A stretch of DNA of 64,000 nucleotides. Source: Macrostomum hystrix. Its lineage: Eukaryota; Animalia; Platyhelminthes. The DNA lies in the NCBI GenBank assembly GCA_950097015.1, contig CATNEN010000030.1, positions 3,658,001 to 3,722,000 on the forward strand, in the 5' to 3' direction. Shown one piece after another: positions 60,801 to 64,000 of the stretch. Under the pieces are notes generated by a model. That model searched no databases. It saw only the letters and a program-made list of their open reading frames with translations, and was not told the origin of the DNA. The translations under genes and the position numbers were made by a program. Position 1 is the first letter of the stretch. Each line of letters opens with the position of its first letter.

Positions 60801-63472
60801 GAGCACCGTCATTTATCGTCAGATTAATGATTGGACCGCCAACCTCCATCTTACCCGGTGGAGAAGCACCACTAACTGCCGCCAATCCAAAGCGGCAGTT
60901 CCAGTGCCATCCGCTCGGCTCCGGAAGGTCCTTCTGAACCAGACCCGGAAGGACATCCGGGCCCTCACCATGACCCTCACGGGCCATGGCTGCTACGCCA
61001 GACACTGTTTCCTCCGTGGAGACCTCCGGAGTGAGCTGTGCCCTTTCTGCAACCTTGAGGACGAGGATGCCCTGCACTTCGTCTGCCACTGCCCTTTCTT
61101 CACCAGAGAGAGGCTCAATCACCTCGGACCAAACCCATCAATGGACGATGTTTGCAGATCCGAGAACATCCCGCGGCTCGTCCGGTTCCTAAGGGCTACC
61201 AGACGAGCCTCTTTCTTCCCCAGCGAGGAACAAGCTGCAGGAAGGACCGAACACGGACCTCCCTGACTGGCCCCGCGCCATCGGCCGATTGCGGGTCTTT
61301 CAGGGATTAGCGGAATGGGCGACTCCCGCCTCCCCGCTGCGTCCGTCGGACCGCCCTGCAGTTAAGTCAAGTAAGTCAAGGGATCGGGAGGCTGGGATTC
61401 TTATAAGAGAAGATGAAGGGATCGGGAGGCTAGGATTCTTATAAGAGAAGATGAAGGGATCGGGAGGCTAGGATTCTTATAAGAGAAGATGAAGGGATCG
61501 GGAGGCTAGGATTCTTATAAGAGAAGATGAAGGGATTGGAAGGCTAGGATTCTTATAAGAGAAGATGAAGGGATCGGGAGGCTGGGATTCTTATAAGAGA
61601 AGATGAAGGGATCGGGAGGCTAGGATTCTTATAAGAGAAGATGAAGGGATTGGGAGGCTAGGATTCTTATAAGAGAAGATGAAGGGATCGGGAGGCTAGG
61701 ATTCTTATAAGAGAAGATGAAGGGATTGGGAGGCTAGGATTCTTATAAGAGAAGATGAAGGGATCGGGAGACTAGGATTCTTATAAGAGAAGATGAAGGG
61801 ATCGGGATGCTGGGATTCTTATAAGAGAAGATGAAGGGATTGGGAGGCTAGGATTCTTATAAGAGAAGATGAAGGGATCGGGAGGCTGGGATCTCATCAT
61901 AGGAGATGAAGGGATCGGGAGTCTAGGATTCTTATAAGAGAAGATGAAGGGATCGGGAAGCTGGGATCTCATCACAGGAGATGAAGGGATTGGGAGACTG
62001 GGATTCTTATAAGAGAAGATGAAGGGATCGGGAAGCTGGGATCTCATCACAGGAGATGAAGGGATTGGGAGACTGGGATTCTTATAAGAGAAGATGAAGG
62101 GATCGGGAGACTGGGATTCTTATAAGAGAAGATGAATGGATCGGAAAGCTGGGATCTCATCACAGGAGATGAAGGGATTGGGAGACTGGGATTCTTATAA
62201 GAGAAGATGAAGGGATCGGGAGGCTGGGATCTCATCACAGGAGATGAAGGGATCGGAGGCTGGGATCTCATCACAGGAGATGAAGGGATCGGAGGCTGGG
62301 ATCTCAAGATAGGAAATGAAGGGACTGTGAAGCAAGGAGGAACAATGGTTCCTACATTGCCAAGGCCACTCACCCGCTTGAAATTGTTGGTGAGTCCCAA
62401 TGAGCTGCCCAGCTCGTACATTGACTTCATGCAGTCAAAGCTGGGGGCGGCGATGAACACAACGTAGGGCTTGAACTCGGCCGTGCACACCTGGCGCGCT
62501 CGCTCCGGGGAGCAGTCAACCAGCAGGGTGCGGTCCTGCGGCAAATGCGGGATATTCGAAATGATAATTCGCATACTACTTGTCAGTAAGTAGCCTTAAA
62601 TAAGTCAATCAGAAACTCATTCAATAATTTAGTCTTTCAGCAGTGTACACCTTAATTTACATTTTTATTTTGTAGCAACGATTGACCCAATTTGCACTGC
62701 ATAACTGCTTTAGCTAAAAAGTGGCTTCTGCCGCGGAAGCGAACTTTCGGCCACTCATTGGGTTCAATCACCCAGGAACTAGAAATGATATTCTATAGAC
62801 AGATTTTATATAAGCGCTATGTACCTGTTTATCCATGGATCGCAGAGTGTCGATCTTCACGCCGTACAGGAAGCCGTTGAGCTGGCCGTACTCCAGGTAG
62901 GCGCCTTTGCGAACATCCACCTCCATTTCTTGCTGGCCGGCGAATAGGTATCTCTCGCCGCTAACCTCGCCGTCTCTAGGCGGCCGACTAGTGTGGGGAA
63001 TGGGCCTGGCGTAGCGCTCCGGATGGTGCTTGATCAGCTGACTGATAAGTGAGGCCTTGCCGACTCCCGGGGCGCCCAGCAGCAGCACAAGGGAGCGGCG
63101 GAAGGGTGGCACGCGGGCCACCTCCTGGTAGATGTTAAGATCGGAACGCTGGAATGACTGCGCCACATTGGCCTTGTAGGCCACGCGAACAGTCTTCTTC
63201 TTTTTGGCTAAGCCCAGGCCCATCACTTTGTAGTTAATAGCATCCTTGTCCGGTGTCGACTGCAAGAAGGCCGTCCGACGCTCCTGCAGCGTGAGTGAAG
63301 GGATCAGACCGGCCCGCCCAGCATTATCCCATCGCCTGGCCTGCCACCAGTTCGGATCCTCCTGGGAGAGCACCTGGAGCACGTCGCTGACGGTGAATTT
63401 TAATCCGGCTTCGCGACACGGGATTAGGCCGTCGTACTGGGGATCGTAGGAGAATAGGGCCTTCACATAGGT
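57827..63472 (-). CDS. MAGUK p55/MPP-subfamily protein, 3' part (SH3-HOOK-GUK); exons 63472-62825, 62535-62374, 58003-57827
   Basis: YVKALFSYDP..IPCREAGLKF..DVLQVLSQEDPNWWQA..GLIPS (SH3); LLGAPGVG, PHTSRPPR..YLEYG..YG (GUK); FKPYVVFIAAP; QWLPVHWLY* terminus; phase-0 junctions. Upstream exons were not found in the window. Confidence 0.92.
58075..62320. repeat. 37/38-bp minisatellite filling the last MAGUK intron, split by a LINE
   Basis: Units GGGATCTCATCACAGGAGATGAAGGGATTGGGAGGCT and GGGATTCTTATAAGAGAAGATGAAGGGATCGGGAGGCT at 58075-59136 and 61381-62320. Confidence 0.95.
59137..61380 (+). mobile_element. 5'-truncated R1/LOA-like LINE (RT-RNase H-CCHC, uninterrupted 708-aa frame)
   Basis: RT (FLDIDGAFD, CPQGGVLSP, YADD), RNase H (YTDGS, WIPGHAG), CPFC..HFVCHC; tail TAAGTCAAGTAAGTCAAG; 13-bp TSD AAGGGATCGGGAG (59124-59136 / 61378-61390). 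Confidence 0.95.
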
Positions 63473-64000
63473 CTGCGGGTTGTGGAGAGAGAATGTATAA
63501 TGGTGGGCGGCGTCCTTATACATTATGAAAGGCTCATGTATGCCGATGATTGCGTGCGTGCGAAAAAGAAAAAAATCTACTGTTTCATCCCACCGCTGCC
63601 GCCACATTTTGATGATTAGAACAGATTGCTTGTGCTTATCTAAAAATCACTTTTACTTGCGACCACTTTGATGTCAAATAATTGATGTCTTATCTGTACA
63701 CGCATGGTACGGGGGGCTAGTGGCTAGTCTCTTCAGACATCAGAGACCGAGAGACTTCTGACCGAGTGAGGTTGATTACAGTCCAACAGAAACAATGGCT
63801 GCGTCTTGGCACAGGATGCATATATGGACCAACTTAGCGTAGGTGTAATTTCTATATCTACATAATCTACACATAATCTACAATCTACTCAGAAAACGCT
63901 GAGATTACCTAACAAAAGAAGAGAAATGTAATTCTAGCCAATTAAGGTTTAGAAGCGCAAGCACACCAACAACATAGAAATAGTTTTAAAAAACTGTGCA

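Noticed and set aside
18517-62320. Uniform strand bias of intronic minisatellites relative to transcription
   Set aside because: Sense strands are G-poor in beta-lactamase, pax6 intron 2 and MAGUK, but G-rich in the last pax6 intron and EBPL, so there is no rule.

Overview
Eukaryotic (animal) genomic DNA: GC-rich spliced exons, AT-rich spacers and introns packed with minisatellites. This resembles a macrostomid flatworm such as Macrostomum, but the species is an inference. Gene models with phase-consistent GT-AG junctions could be built by hand for a Pax6-type paired/homeodomain gene, a secreted and probably GPI-anchored serine beta-lactamase-family protein, a TRPV-like channel, EBPL, the 3' half of a p55-type MAGUK, a RING/TRAF-finger ligase, a small amidated-peptide precursor and several orphans. 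Mobile DNA comprises a full-length R1/LOA-like LINE with a 14-bp TSD and tandem 5'UTR monomers, a 5'-truncated copy of a related LINE family, a decayed Crypton tyrosine recombinase and at least two tRNA-derived SINE families. Two observations stand out. (1) The most abundant SINE and both LINE families share a 3'-terminal RNA structure supported by three compensatory base-pair changes, which suggests a SINE-LINE partnership. (2) Several intronic minisatellites are built from splice-site-like units that resemble the adjacent exon junction. All calls were made by eye, without database searches; repeat boundaries are approximate.
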